Shown one piece after another: positions 14,424-25,800 of a stretch of DNA of 64,000 nucleotides (its first letter is position 1; the number at the start of each line of letters is the position of its first letter). The notes beneath the pieces were generated by a model. That model was not told the DNA's origin. It searched no databases and was given only the letters and a program-made list of their open reading frames with translations. The stretch spans positions 1,180,487 to 1,244,486 of the forward strand of contig NW_003526943.1 in NCBI RefSeq assembly GCF_000181795.1, written 5' to 3'. The stretch is from Trichinella spiralis (lineage: Eukaryota). The translations under genes and the position numbers were made by a program.

Positions 14424-15925
14424 ATGTTGCGCATTATAATTTTTGGTTTTATGTTTCAAATTCAATCTGTAATTTTATTTATATAACTTTGAGTATTTTT
14501 TTAATTTTCACTTTCAGACTGTTTCAATAGAATGCGGCAATGAATTTTACCTAGAAGATTCAAAATATTTCATGGTAGTATTTTATGGCAGAACAAATGA
14601 GGGATTTTTTTACGATTGTATCGGAGCAATTGTTGAGTCAGGAATCAATTCAACACATTCCGATTTGATAATAACTTCAAAGTACTGTGTAAATCATGAG
14701 TAAGTAATGTTTATTTTGTTTATTATTTTTTTAATTTTATTAGTTTAGTTGCTTATATTTTTACTTTATATTTTAATTTAGAGATATTAAAAAAACGTTT
14801 GTCATACCGGTTGGGTTATATCCACCAAATAATGCGACTGAATCATATAAAATTCATCGAATACTTTTACCACTTAAAAATAATAGGAAATCCCACAAAA
14901 ATCTCGCTGTTGTAAAACTCTTGACTCCTATAGCATTTAATTCTATAACTCGACCAATATGTTTGCCAGGAAGAAACGACACATTTGATAATTTTTATGA
15001 TTGTTATTATTTAAAATTTTATGCATTCCCCAATGAAATGTACATGACATCAGTAGAAATGCTCGTTCTTCGAAAAAGCTATTGCAACATTATTGTTGGG
15101 AAAACGGTTCTGTTGGACAACATTCGGTCATGTGCCGTTCAGAAATCATTAATTGATACAGTAAATAGTGAAGTACGTATTTTACCTAACATTATCATTA
15201 ACACAAAAATAATTTAGAGCATGTATTTCGTGAAAATATAGCATGAATGCAATTAATAATGTAATTATTTATTTATTATTAATTATTTTTTAATAATTAT
15301 TTAATTATAATTATGCCATTATTTTTTATAATATACAGATTTTTATTTTTTATTGAAAATTGAACAATTACTCATTGCTCATTAGTACCATACATTTAAT
15401 TCAAATAATTCATTTAAAAATAGTCTAATCATAAATCTTAAATTATTAAAACTGCTTAATTGTAAATAAATGGGAATCAACCGTGCTAATAAGTTAAATT
15501 ATTTTTCTAGAAATTATTTGCTTATAGATAGCTTTAGATAAGCGTCATAGCGAGAAAAAAAATTTCCAATACGTTTTCAATAAAGGAAACATTTTCTAGT
15601 AAAACTGCTAATGTAATTGAAATAAATGAATAGAAGTAAATCATAAGCTGAAATGCAGAAGTTCTGAATGCTAAAATTAGCAAATTTCTTTCAGGATCCC
15701 ACATCAGTTGAAGAAGGTTTACCATTCATATGCATCAGAAACCACAAGCAATATTTATATGCGATTAGAGATTGGGTAAAAATTTACAAACCAGAAAGAA
15801 ATCTGCTTCCAGTAGTAATATTAACTGAAATTTCTAACATTATTGATCTGATTCAGCATGTTAATGTTTTGCATGACAACATCACCTATTTACACGGAGC
15901 TGATATAATGAATGTAGATTACTAA
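14424..15925 (+). CDS. Secreted trypsin-fold (S1A) serine protease homologue A, catalytic triad substituted
   Basis: Exons 14424-14468, 14518-14699, 14782-15172 and 15695-15925 splice into an open 282-aa frame. Hydrophobic leader, CG, DCIGAIV, IITSKYC (TAAHC position), NLAVVKL (DIALLKL position), PICLP, VEEGLPFIC (GDSGGPL position). Confidence 0.85.
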
Positions 15926-16980
15926 AGTACTATTCATTAAGCGTTTAAAACATTGTAAAGTAAGCAAAAAACTCAGATCACATTATAAATATAAATTAAA
16001 TGGAATAATGAATAAAATAAAATTGAAATAAATGAAACAATTGCAATTTCTGTTCTGATGCATTTTGCATATCTCAGCATTTGTAATGAAATCAGCGGCA
16101 TTTTGAGGAAAATTATTTCAAAACATAATTCGTTTCTAAAATAAACAAAATTCACAGATCCTCCTGCTGATATTTATTCCATTCAGAATTTCAACTTCTG
16201 CTAAAACACTCTTGCAAATTTTGAACATTTGTGAATTTTGAATTTTATTTTCATAAATTAGTCAACAGTCATGTTTGCATACATATATTACATTTACTTT
16301 TAAAAGGGTATGTACTGAAATAAATTATAAAACCTAATTTTTGTACAGAAACACGATCACTTTTATAAGTTTAAGGGACTTTATAAAATTATAGCTTATT
16401 TTAAACAGACTGTTTATGAAAATAGTATTTTGCTTATTCTTAAATATTTTTTATTTACCTAAACTTTTCTTTTCTTACTGTATAATTTATGCTAATGGGA
16501 AATCCAATGTCCTTTACACAGATAAACTGTGAAAAAAACTTCTCAGCAAGGGATCAGATAAAATAACAAATATAAATGTTGGGAATATAAAAAAATAAAA
16601 TGAACAAAATGATGAAAAATCTTTCTCAGGTTTCAGTTTTTGAATAAAATTATTTTAAATGAGACTATTTGACTTTTCAATAATATAACAAAGCTTTATC
16701 TGTTGTATTTATATTTAAAACTGATCATATTGAAAAAAACCATAGTGATGACAAATGAAAAAAGCTAAATTATTAAAAGTTCGTTTTTTATTTGTTAAGC
16801 AATTTTAAACAAATTTTTAGATTTATCAAAATTATAAGAATATTAGCTTTAGTAAAAATTATGTACAGTTGATTTTTGGCAATATTTAAGTAAGAGCTGC
16901 TTTACGCTATAAAATAACTTTGAATGTAGTGGCAGGTAATCAAAAATTCAGTACACTGAATTTTGAATTTTTTTTATTAA

Positions 16981-18219
16981 CCCTTCTGTCATGTTCAGAA
17001 ACTGTTACATCGGTAATGTTTCTAGTCAAATTGACCCGTATCGTAACTTTCTTTTTATAATGCGCTTAATTAAATAAAAAACTTTACAAAATAAAATTCT
17101 ACGTGTGCGCAGCTCACCCTCTTAATGCCAGTACATCTTGCGATAGTTCAGACTTGTTTTTCTTTATGGTACCCAGTATAGTGAGCTTCTTCTTGAGAAG
17201 CTGCATTGTTAATTCATGAGAAGTGAAGAAGTGATCACAAATACTGTTGTTCCCTTTGAGCCCGGCTGTAAGGTCTAGCACCACACGCATACCTTGATTT
17301 TTTCCACGAATACCTGATGTTCGTTTCCCGGTGTAAATCTGCATGTTCCAAGCATAGCTAGCCTTGGCCTCACAAAGAGTCCAAACTTTGATGCCATACT
17401 TTGCTGGCTTTTTCGGCATGTACTGCCGGAATGGACAACGGCCCTTGAGTGGAATGAGCCGCTCATCCACCGTGACGTAAGCTCCAGAATTGTACATCAT
17501 TGGTAAACGTGCAACCCAATCATCCCAGACATCTCGTATGGCAGCTAATGGTCAATTTTGCGGTTGTGTGACCTTTTCTCACGATCATCAAACTGTATGG
17601 TTCTAGAAATACGTTTAAAATAATTTACCGGCATAACACTGGGAAAGACAGGTCTCCCATTTTCTGTATTCCAGAGACTTTTCGTTGCTTCTCCATGAGA
17701 TTTATAAACACCAGCCAAAATGAGCAGGCCAATATAAGCATGAAATTCTGTTTCCTCAATTTCTTTCCAGGTGTCCTTATGTAATCGCTTGCCTTCCGAG
17801 TTTGTCATCTGCAAAACAATCTGATAGCTGACATCTATCATAGCCTGAAAATAACACCTGATATCTAGCTTTCTTTGGACTTTTGAGACAGAGAACGAAG
17901 TGTAATGCATCGCACTTTCCATTTTCAAATAATTTGAACGCTACAACAATAGGGCAGTTTGATAAAAAGAAAATTTCATTTCAATTCATCATATAATGCG
18001 AGTTATAAATTGTTTGGGTCAAATTGACCCGTAACATGACCAGTGTAACCAAATTCATCACAGAAAGAAATCCTGAACAAGTTAGAATTTTCTGCAGAAA
18101 TGTAGCATCATAAATTAGAAAAAGTCACAAAATTTCATTGGTCAAATGTAATAAATAAAGAAGAAATCGCCAGTCAAATATCCAGATGGGTCAATTTGAA
18201 CCGAAACATGACAGGAGGA
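16981..18219 (-). mobile_element. Decayed piggyBac-family (PGBD4-like) transposon with TTAA target-site duplication
   Basis: TTAA at 16977-16980 and 18220-18223. TIRs CCCTTCTGTCATGTT versus TCCTCCTGTCATGTT (13/15). Transposase fragments at 17114-17928: YIGLLILAGV, VTVDERL, FRQYMPKKPAKYGIKVW, CDHFFTS, LGTIKKNK. A 1-bp deletion near 17548 and a C-terminal truncation. Confidence 0.93.
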
Positions 18220-19218
18220 TTAAGCGAACATAAAAGTCAGAAATCACATTATATTCATTTTTCAGCAGTTCACAATTACAGTAAAATTTCAGAAGTCATT
18301 TGCAATACGACAGGCATTAACATTAAAAATCTTGCTATTCAGCATAGCATTAATTTTTTAATCAGTTATAACTGACAAATTTGTCACAAAATATTTTAGT
18401 TTTAAATTTTCTTTAAACGGCTTGAATTAAAATAGAAACCTTCCAAAAGGTAAAACTGAATTTTTACATTATTTTCTGTACAATTAGTTTCATCTTAAGT
18501 TATTTTGTAAAATGCAAGCTGAAATATAAATGTGAACTATAAAAAATACATAAATATAGCTATCGTAATAAAATCAATGACAATAATTTTAATCTTTCAG
18601 GCTAATCTTTACAAAATTAACATGCAAATTACGTTTAAAATTCTATATATAACACAAAAACATGCTTTTGATAATTGAAATACGTAAAATATTATTGAAA
18701 TAATATTATTAAATATTTAAATAATAAATATGAAGGCCGTTTAATAAATATTTAATCATAATTTAAAGGAACGATTAGCCATTCTTTGGTAGAAAGCTAG
18801 AAATGTCAGTAGAAATGCTTGAAATTGCATTAAATGTACAGTGTTGAAAAATTAACGACGAATAATTTATCAATATTAAATAAAAAATTTATATTAAATT
18901 ATAATAAACTCTTGTACGAGATGTTATTTTGAGCCTCTTTTCTAGTAATGGAAAGCTTAGTTGCGATAGCATTAACAAGGAATTTACAAAGTGCAAAAGA
19001 TTTTAAACAGATGATGTTGCATTGAACTAACAAAGTTAATTTATGTAACATATGCCACACTTTAGAAAATTTCAAAAACATGGGTAGACACGCATTAATT
19101 AGGTTTATATCAATATATACCTAGACTCGGTAAGAATTATTTGATATAGGTCCAGTATCAGATTCAGAGTAATTTTGTAAGACATAATTATTTGATGAGC
19201 ATTACGTTACGAAAAAGA

Positions 19219-20634
19219 ATGAGATTCACAAAAAGTAGTATGTTTTTACAAAGTTTTCCATGATATAACATTTTATTTTGCAGAAACATTTTACATAACT
19301 TCAATAGCAATATTGCTCATATTATGTGACCATGTAATAAATGCACTTTTTATATTTTAAGAAATAATATTAAACAAGTTTAGGCAGTTTCAGAAATTTG
19401 CGGACAGAGAGATCCATTAATAGAAGCTCCTACTTATATGGCCATATTTTATGGATCTTCGCAAGAAGGGCATTTTAATGACTGTGTTGGGGCATTCATT
19501 TCACTACGACACAATGCAACATCTTCATTTTTGGTTGCAACTACGAAATATTGCATGCAACAAGAGTATAATAATTAGTTGACCAATCATAGTCGAAATA
19601 ACTGATTGTGCTTTTATAGGAACATTTTGCTAACAAAAGTTTTGCCAATGAATTATTTTAATAATTTTTATTTTTCTTATGGACTTTCAATAAGCCGCAT
19701 ACTTTATCCGCCAGGTAATGCGAATGATAAAAATAAAACAACACCAAACATTGCTATTGTGGAACTTGAAAGTGCTGTTTATTTTGATGAGAATGTGGCT
19801 CCGTTGTGTTTGCCACAACTTAACGAGTCATATCCAGAAAATGGCATTTGTCATTATTTCAAGTTCTTTAGTGACAAAGATTTTTCGATGTCATTTATAT
19901 CAGTTCGAACAAGCTTATGCCCAATAGAACTTTGCACTGGGTTTGCTGGAAATCTGGTAGTTCATCCCAATCTACAAATCTGTTGTAATGAATATCATCA
20001 GTTTCCACCATATGAATCATTAATAGGAAAAACAGATGTAAGAATTAATTCAATGTTTACAAAAATGTATGCATGTTTATGAAATAAGCTACACACTTTT
20101 TAATTTTATATAAAATTATTTTATAATAATGTAATGAAATTTTATGAAAAAATAATGCATTTAGTGATATATTTTATTGAATAATTGGAAGCATAATAAG
20201 AAATTATTAAAAGCCCTTTTCATTTTTGATGTGATATGGCATTATTTCTATTTGAGTGTTGCTGGGTTTATTGTAAAAGGCTTTTTAAAAATAGTAAATT
20301 AGATAAAATTTTGATATAAATTATGAAATATGCATTACGTGAATAAAATTAATTCATATTGAATTGTTGTTAAAGTGACCAGTAATAATATTACAATTAT
20401 TTGTTTCTTTAGAATGCTACGGCGATACCGGATGGTTCTCCACTTATATGTCAGAAAAATATGCAATATTACCTATTTGGAATAAAAGATTGGGTTAAAA
20501 TATTCAAAACTGGAAGCGGCTTCAGACCAGTGCTCATATTAACAGCTGTTGCTCCGCATGCTGATCGTATCGAGCGATTTTCTAATATGAGTTTTGTAGC
20601 ACCTATGGATGAAGCATATATTGAAAATTACTGA
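19219..20634 (+). CDS. Secreted trypsin-fold serine protease homologue B, catalytic triad substituted
   Basis: Exons 19219-19237 (tentative), 19284-19333, 19384-19565, 19620-20037 and 20413-20634 give an open frame. Leader TFYITSIAILLILC, ICG, DCVGAFI, VATTKYC, NIAIVEL, PLCLP, IPDGSPLIC. Confidence 0.85.
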
Positions 20635-21540
20635 ACCATTTTCATATGATTCATTTTTTTATTTATAAAAAATTTACATAATATGATTAATTTCAAAGCA
20701 TTTAATTTCAAATAAGTTATGAAGCTGCTTATAAAATTATTCAAAAAATAAAATTTCCTTTCACCGAAAAAAAGTAATCAGCGTTGATGAACAAACTAAA
20801 ACTAATATAAATGCATAATCGTATATTTGTCATTGAGTTACTGCTGAAATCAAAAAAAATTAAATACCTGTCGCTATAACAGAAAATTTATGCATGATAT
20901 ATTTAGAAAAAGAACAATTTAACACTAATAATGCATTTAAGCAAGTATATGAACTAGAAAATATTAACAAAAATACATTTGGATAATTCAAATATGTTTC
21001 AGCATATATGAGCATTGCAAATGCTGATTTTAAATAAATATTAGATGATTAATTAATTAATAGCACTGAATGTAGTTTCTTTTTCTACTTGTTTTCATAT
21101 TAACCTTATCCGTTTTATAAACAGAATGTACAGGCACTAAATATCATATTATCATGAATTATTTTTAGCAAATTTATATAAAATGATAGTAAGTTCTATA
21201 GAATCTGCTGACACGCAGCTTAACCGTGGGGTTTGCCGAGTAAAACGTTTTGCTCAAGCTTTTAATAATATAGTACTTTAAATAGCTTGCTCTTTCTTTT
21301 AAATGCATAACATGCCTGCAAGTTATTTGTCACTTTATGAAATGCTAAATAACTTTTAGTTTAATTAAAATTTAATTTAAATGAGAAATGAAAAGTGTTA
21401 AAAGTGTTTACCAGAAATACCGACGTAACAAATTAAACAGAAAGTTCAAGAAAACAAATAACAATTTATAATAATTAGAGGACCATTTAATATAATCTGC
21501 TTTTTATAAACTATTATTCTGAATGCACATCTTCCAAAGC

Positions 21541-22844
21541 ATGAATGCTTTTCTTATTATTTTAGCAACTTCTTTCTACGTGTTTTTCATTTTAAAATTT
21601 GATCTTGCATTGCAGAGTGTAATATACTCGTGAGTGTCAAAAAGTATGCACATTTAGAAGTTTTCTGTCTTTAGGAAGCCACATTTATGTGCGGCCAAAC
21701 AGCAGCAAATGATGATGGAATGTCTCACTATGTAGTATTTTATGCAGTGACAGAAGAGGGACATTTTCACGATTGTATGGGTGTCATAGCTGACAGTGAT
21801 AATAATTTTACACATTCAGATACAATAATCACTTCACGATACTGCTTAGCTGAAGGGTATTTATAAATCAGTCGTCAAAATTAATTGTACTTATATGTGT
21901 AATATTTCAGGGACGTTTCTGCTACTAAGATAATACCGCTGTCAAAATATTTGGAAGCAAATGTTTCAAGTGGATACAAAATTTCAAAGATTATAATTCA
22001 TGAAAAAAATAATACAAATAGTAATTCTAAAAGTTTTATTCCAAATATTGCCATTATCAAGCTGAATCAGCCAATTACTTATGCGGAAAACATTTCTCCA
22101 ATGTGCTTTCCGAATAAATCAGATACACTGAATGAAGATTCAACATGCAATATTGCTGAAATTTACATTGGCGCGACAACAGCCAATTTGTTTACATGGA
22201 CCGTAAAAATGCTCCCTCATAAGGATTGTGCAAAACTTTTAAATGCTACATCAATAGATTCCACAAATAAGTTGTGTTTTACAGAAATATATGGACCAAG
22301 TTTCCAAATGCTGACAATCTACGTAAGTTCTATCCGTTTTTAGTTTTTATTCAACGCATTTCTGTTGAATGAACTAGTTAGAAATGCTACTTGAAATTAT
22401 CATCATTATCTGCATGATAGAAAAGATTAAATAATACAAGTATGTATTTTTATTTTAATTGGGTGCATTCTTTAAAAAAATATTCGTTATAACTAACTAT
22501 TTCCAAGAGTATTTATTTTTACATTTTCAATACAAATATAATTTTTAGAATTAACCATACAAATAAATTTGAATTCTTTTAAAAATAAAAACTTCAAATA
22601 TAAAGCCAAATGTTAATCTTGACCCTTGCAAAATTTTGCTAATTTATATTCGATATGTTCTACTTAATAGGATGAAGATATCCTGACAGAAGGTTCAGCT
22701 TTGGTGTGCGACAAACAAGGAAGACGTTATCTTTATGGGATTCGTGATTTTATTAAAGAATTTAGAAAACAACCTCACGAATTGCCTGTAATAGTTGTAA
22801 CATATATACCTCCGTTTTTGGATTTTATTAAGGAAAACATGTAG
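21541..22844 (+). CDS. Secreted trypsin-fold serine protease homologue C, catalytic triad substituted
   Basis: Exons 21541-21618, 21675-21856, 21911-22322 and 22671-22844 give an open frame. Leader MNAFLIILATSFYVFFIL, MCG, DCMGVIA, IITSRYC, NIAIIKL, PMCFP, LTEGSALVC. Confidence 0.85.
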
Positions 22845-25800
22845 CAAATTCAATGCATGATCACGTAAATTCGCATAGTTCTTAGTCTATTGTCTAATTA
22901 TTGCTATTAATGGTTAGTAAAACGTAAGCACCTTAGCTTTTGAATAATATTAATTTTACTGCTAAGAGTTCAACCAATTTCAACAGCAGCAATTATATAT
23001 TGCTTGTTTTGGCAATTTTATATACCTGCTACTTAAAAATGCATTAGTAAACATCCAGAAATATTACTTTCAATGAAAAAACAATTACTGTCATTATGAA
23101 TATAAATAAATATCTATCATTCTTCCGGAAGTATTAATGTCATAACTTTGCATTGAAACTGATGACTGAATAAAGAGTGAAATTGAATAATGCTTTATTT
23201 AAATTAGGAAAGAGCATAATAATGCTGTTCCATTTATATAATTTTGATGAAACTTGTATCAGATAATTCATGCAAAGATAAAATCAAAAGTTGAAATAAT
23301 GCATAATTAATTCATATAGTTCATGCATTAAAATGGCATTTCATTTATTTAAATTAATAGAAATAATAAAACAATTAGTAAAATATTTTTATACAATAAA
23401 TATGGAAGATGTGCAATAAAAAGATCTTGAAAACTGGAACTGTTTCCACTAAACTGAAGATATTCTTAATTATTTTCTGTTCATTTTATTATGTTTTCTG
23501 TATTATTGTATCTTTCACATTATTGATTGAATCTGGGAACAAATATATTGTAAAATAAATCGAAACAAATGTTATTTAGTCATGCAAAAAATTTTTTATG
23601 AGCTATATGCAGTCTGATGAAAATGCATTTTCAATGAACTAAAACACTGATGAAAGGCGCATTTTACATAGCATTTTAAGCGTATCGTGAAATCGTTACT
23701 GCTATCAGTGATTTGCATTTTTAAGCTTTTAATTATTGATACTGTGTGAATTATAATTTCGATATTAGGATATCTATTAATGACTTAAAACAGAGAATCA
23801 TATTTAAAATAAATACAATGACTTCGTCATTGTAAATGTAGTTCATGAAAATTTTGAAATTACTTTTGTTTTCTTAAAACTTTCAACACAAATGAATAAA
23901 TTGTGTGATCATCAACGATGAATATACTTTTTTATGCTACAATAGGTTTGCAGGAAATCATTATTTAATATATAAAGACACGTGTAATCTAATGTTCTTA
24001 AAAAGCACATTTATTTTTCACTGACGCTAAATCAAAGTTTCACAACCAGTTGTCATTTATCGATTCAACATTGTAACGAAAATGGTTATTTTTATTGCAG
24101 CAAAATAGTTACTTTCAGACAAATGAATCGATAGCGTTTGATAAGATAGTGGGTGCTGTTAAAGAAAAAAGCAACCATTTGGATTTTCAAGAATACACCA
24201 TGAATAGTACAATATGAGCTCACTTCCATAAGCAGCAATTGCATTTTTATACTTTCCATGTTTTATTCATTCATAACAACTTAGTCGGCTCATTATCAAG
24301 TATGTTTGGTAAATAGACTTTTATTAAACGGCATTCACTGCATAACATTTGTAGACGTTTATACCGTAAACATAATTTTTAATCAGTCTGATGTATGAAA
24401 TGAGGATTTTTGTGATATTCTCTGTTGTAGCAATAGTTTTTCCAATTTAATGATCTGAATCATTGCGCTATTTGAAACAAGCCACAAATTTGAATATGCA
24501 TCTTTTAAGGTGCTTTTGCAAGTTTTAAAGTTAATATTTTCTATATGACTTTCATTCATTCATTTTCTGGAAAAATTCCTTTCATTCAGAAATAAAATTT
24601 ACCTACATTATATGATAATGAAATATTTAAGAATTTAAATCTGACTTCTATGACAATTACGAACATTCAACAACAAATAATTAATCATAAATAAAAAATT
24701 ATTAAGTAACTTTTTATCCTATCATAATCATTTCATGCAATAAATATATAAAGTTTCCTTCAAAATATAATTGCGCGGTATTAACGGACACAAAGTAAAT
24801 TAATATTTTAAAGCTGTAAATAAATAATTGTACTCTCTGAAATTTGAATTTTAGAAAAATAAATTATCTGAAATATTTCTCCTGCTTTTTACATATGAAC
24901 ATGAAATTTATATTGCTACAGTTTTCTAAAGATTACCGGATAAGCATTATAAACTAATTTTACGCAAATGAAGCATATATGTATATATACACATATATAC
25001 CAGTAAAAATAAAACATTTATGATGCTTTCATTTACTGTTTTATTGCTATTCATTGTTGATACCGATAATTGATTTGTGTAAGGCAGCTACCAAATGAAA
25101 AGCTCCAGTATTCAATAAAGTGACAAGAAGAAGCCTTTTGTCAAAGTTTAGAATTCAATTACATCTGCTTGATCATCAACATATTCAGTTCAACGCAAAG
25201 CAATCTGCCGTAATAATGATGCAGTTGTCATGAATTAGTATGATAACAAATGTTTCAGACGATGATACAACTTCTAATAATTTGATTAAAGTTTGACGTG
25301 GAAATTTTATGATTTACTATTGAAATAATTTATACAGTTTTGTTAATTTTAAATGATGGATTCTGCATTAATTTTTGTGTTTTGCATTTATCATTATATT
25401 TTAATTTATGTGCTTTCCACTATTTATTGATTTCATATAAGTATGTTCATTTATTCATTTTAAAATTTAACATTTTTAACACTGAAACTTTACTTTTCAA
25501 CTGTTATTCTTCAAGTTTACAGATATGAAACATGATTGATTATTTAATTTAATTAGCATGTATCACTTTTAAACATTTAAAATTAGTATATCCTAGCTGT
25601 TTATAACGTTATGATAATCCTGCTACACATGCATGCATGCGCTGTTGCCAGATGTATATTAGTTATCTATATTCTATTGTAAATTGAACGGGCAAAAACT
25701 AGGCTCAAATTCTTTTGCAAAAATAAAGTATTTATCTCAGAATTCTGAGGTCATGAATATATCAATATACGTTTTATATGGAAATCTAAGATTAAATTTA

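Noticed and set aside
14244..16980. Shared CACTGAATTTTGAA plus T-rich tract at the pogo right end (14244) and just left of the piggyBac (16954)
   Set aside because: 14-bp AT-rich match; a similar TGAATTTTGAA also occurs near 16232, so chance is likely.
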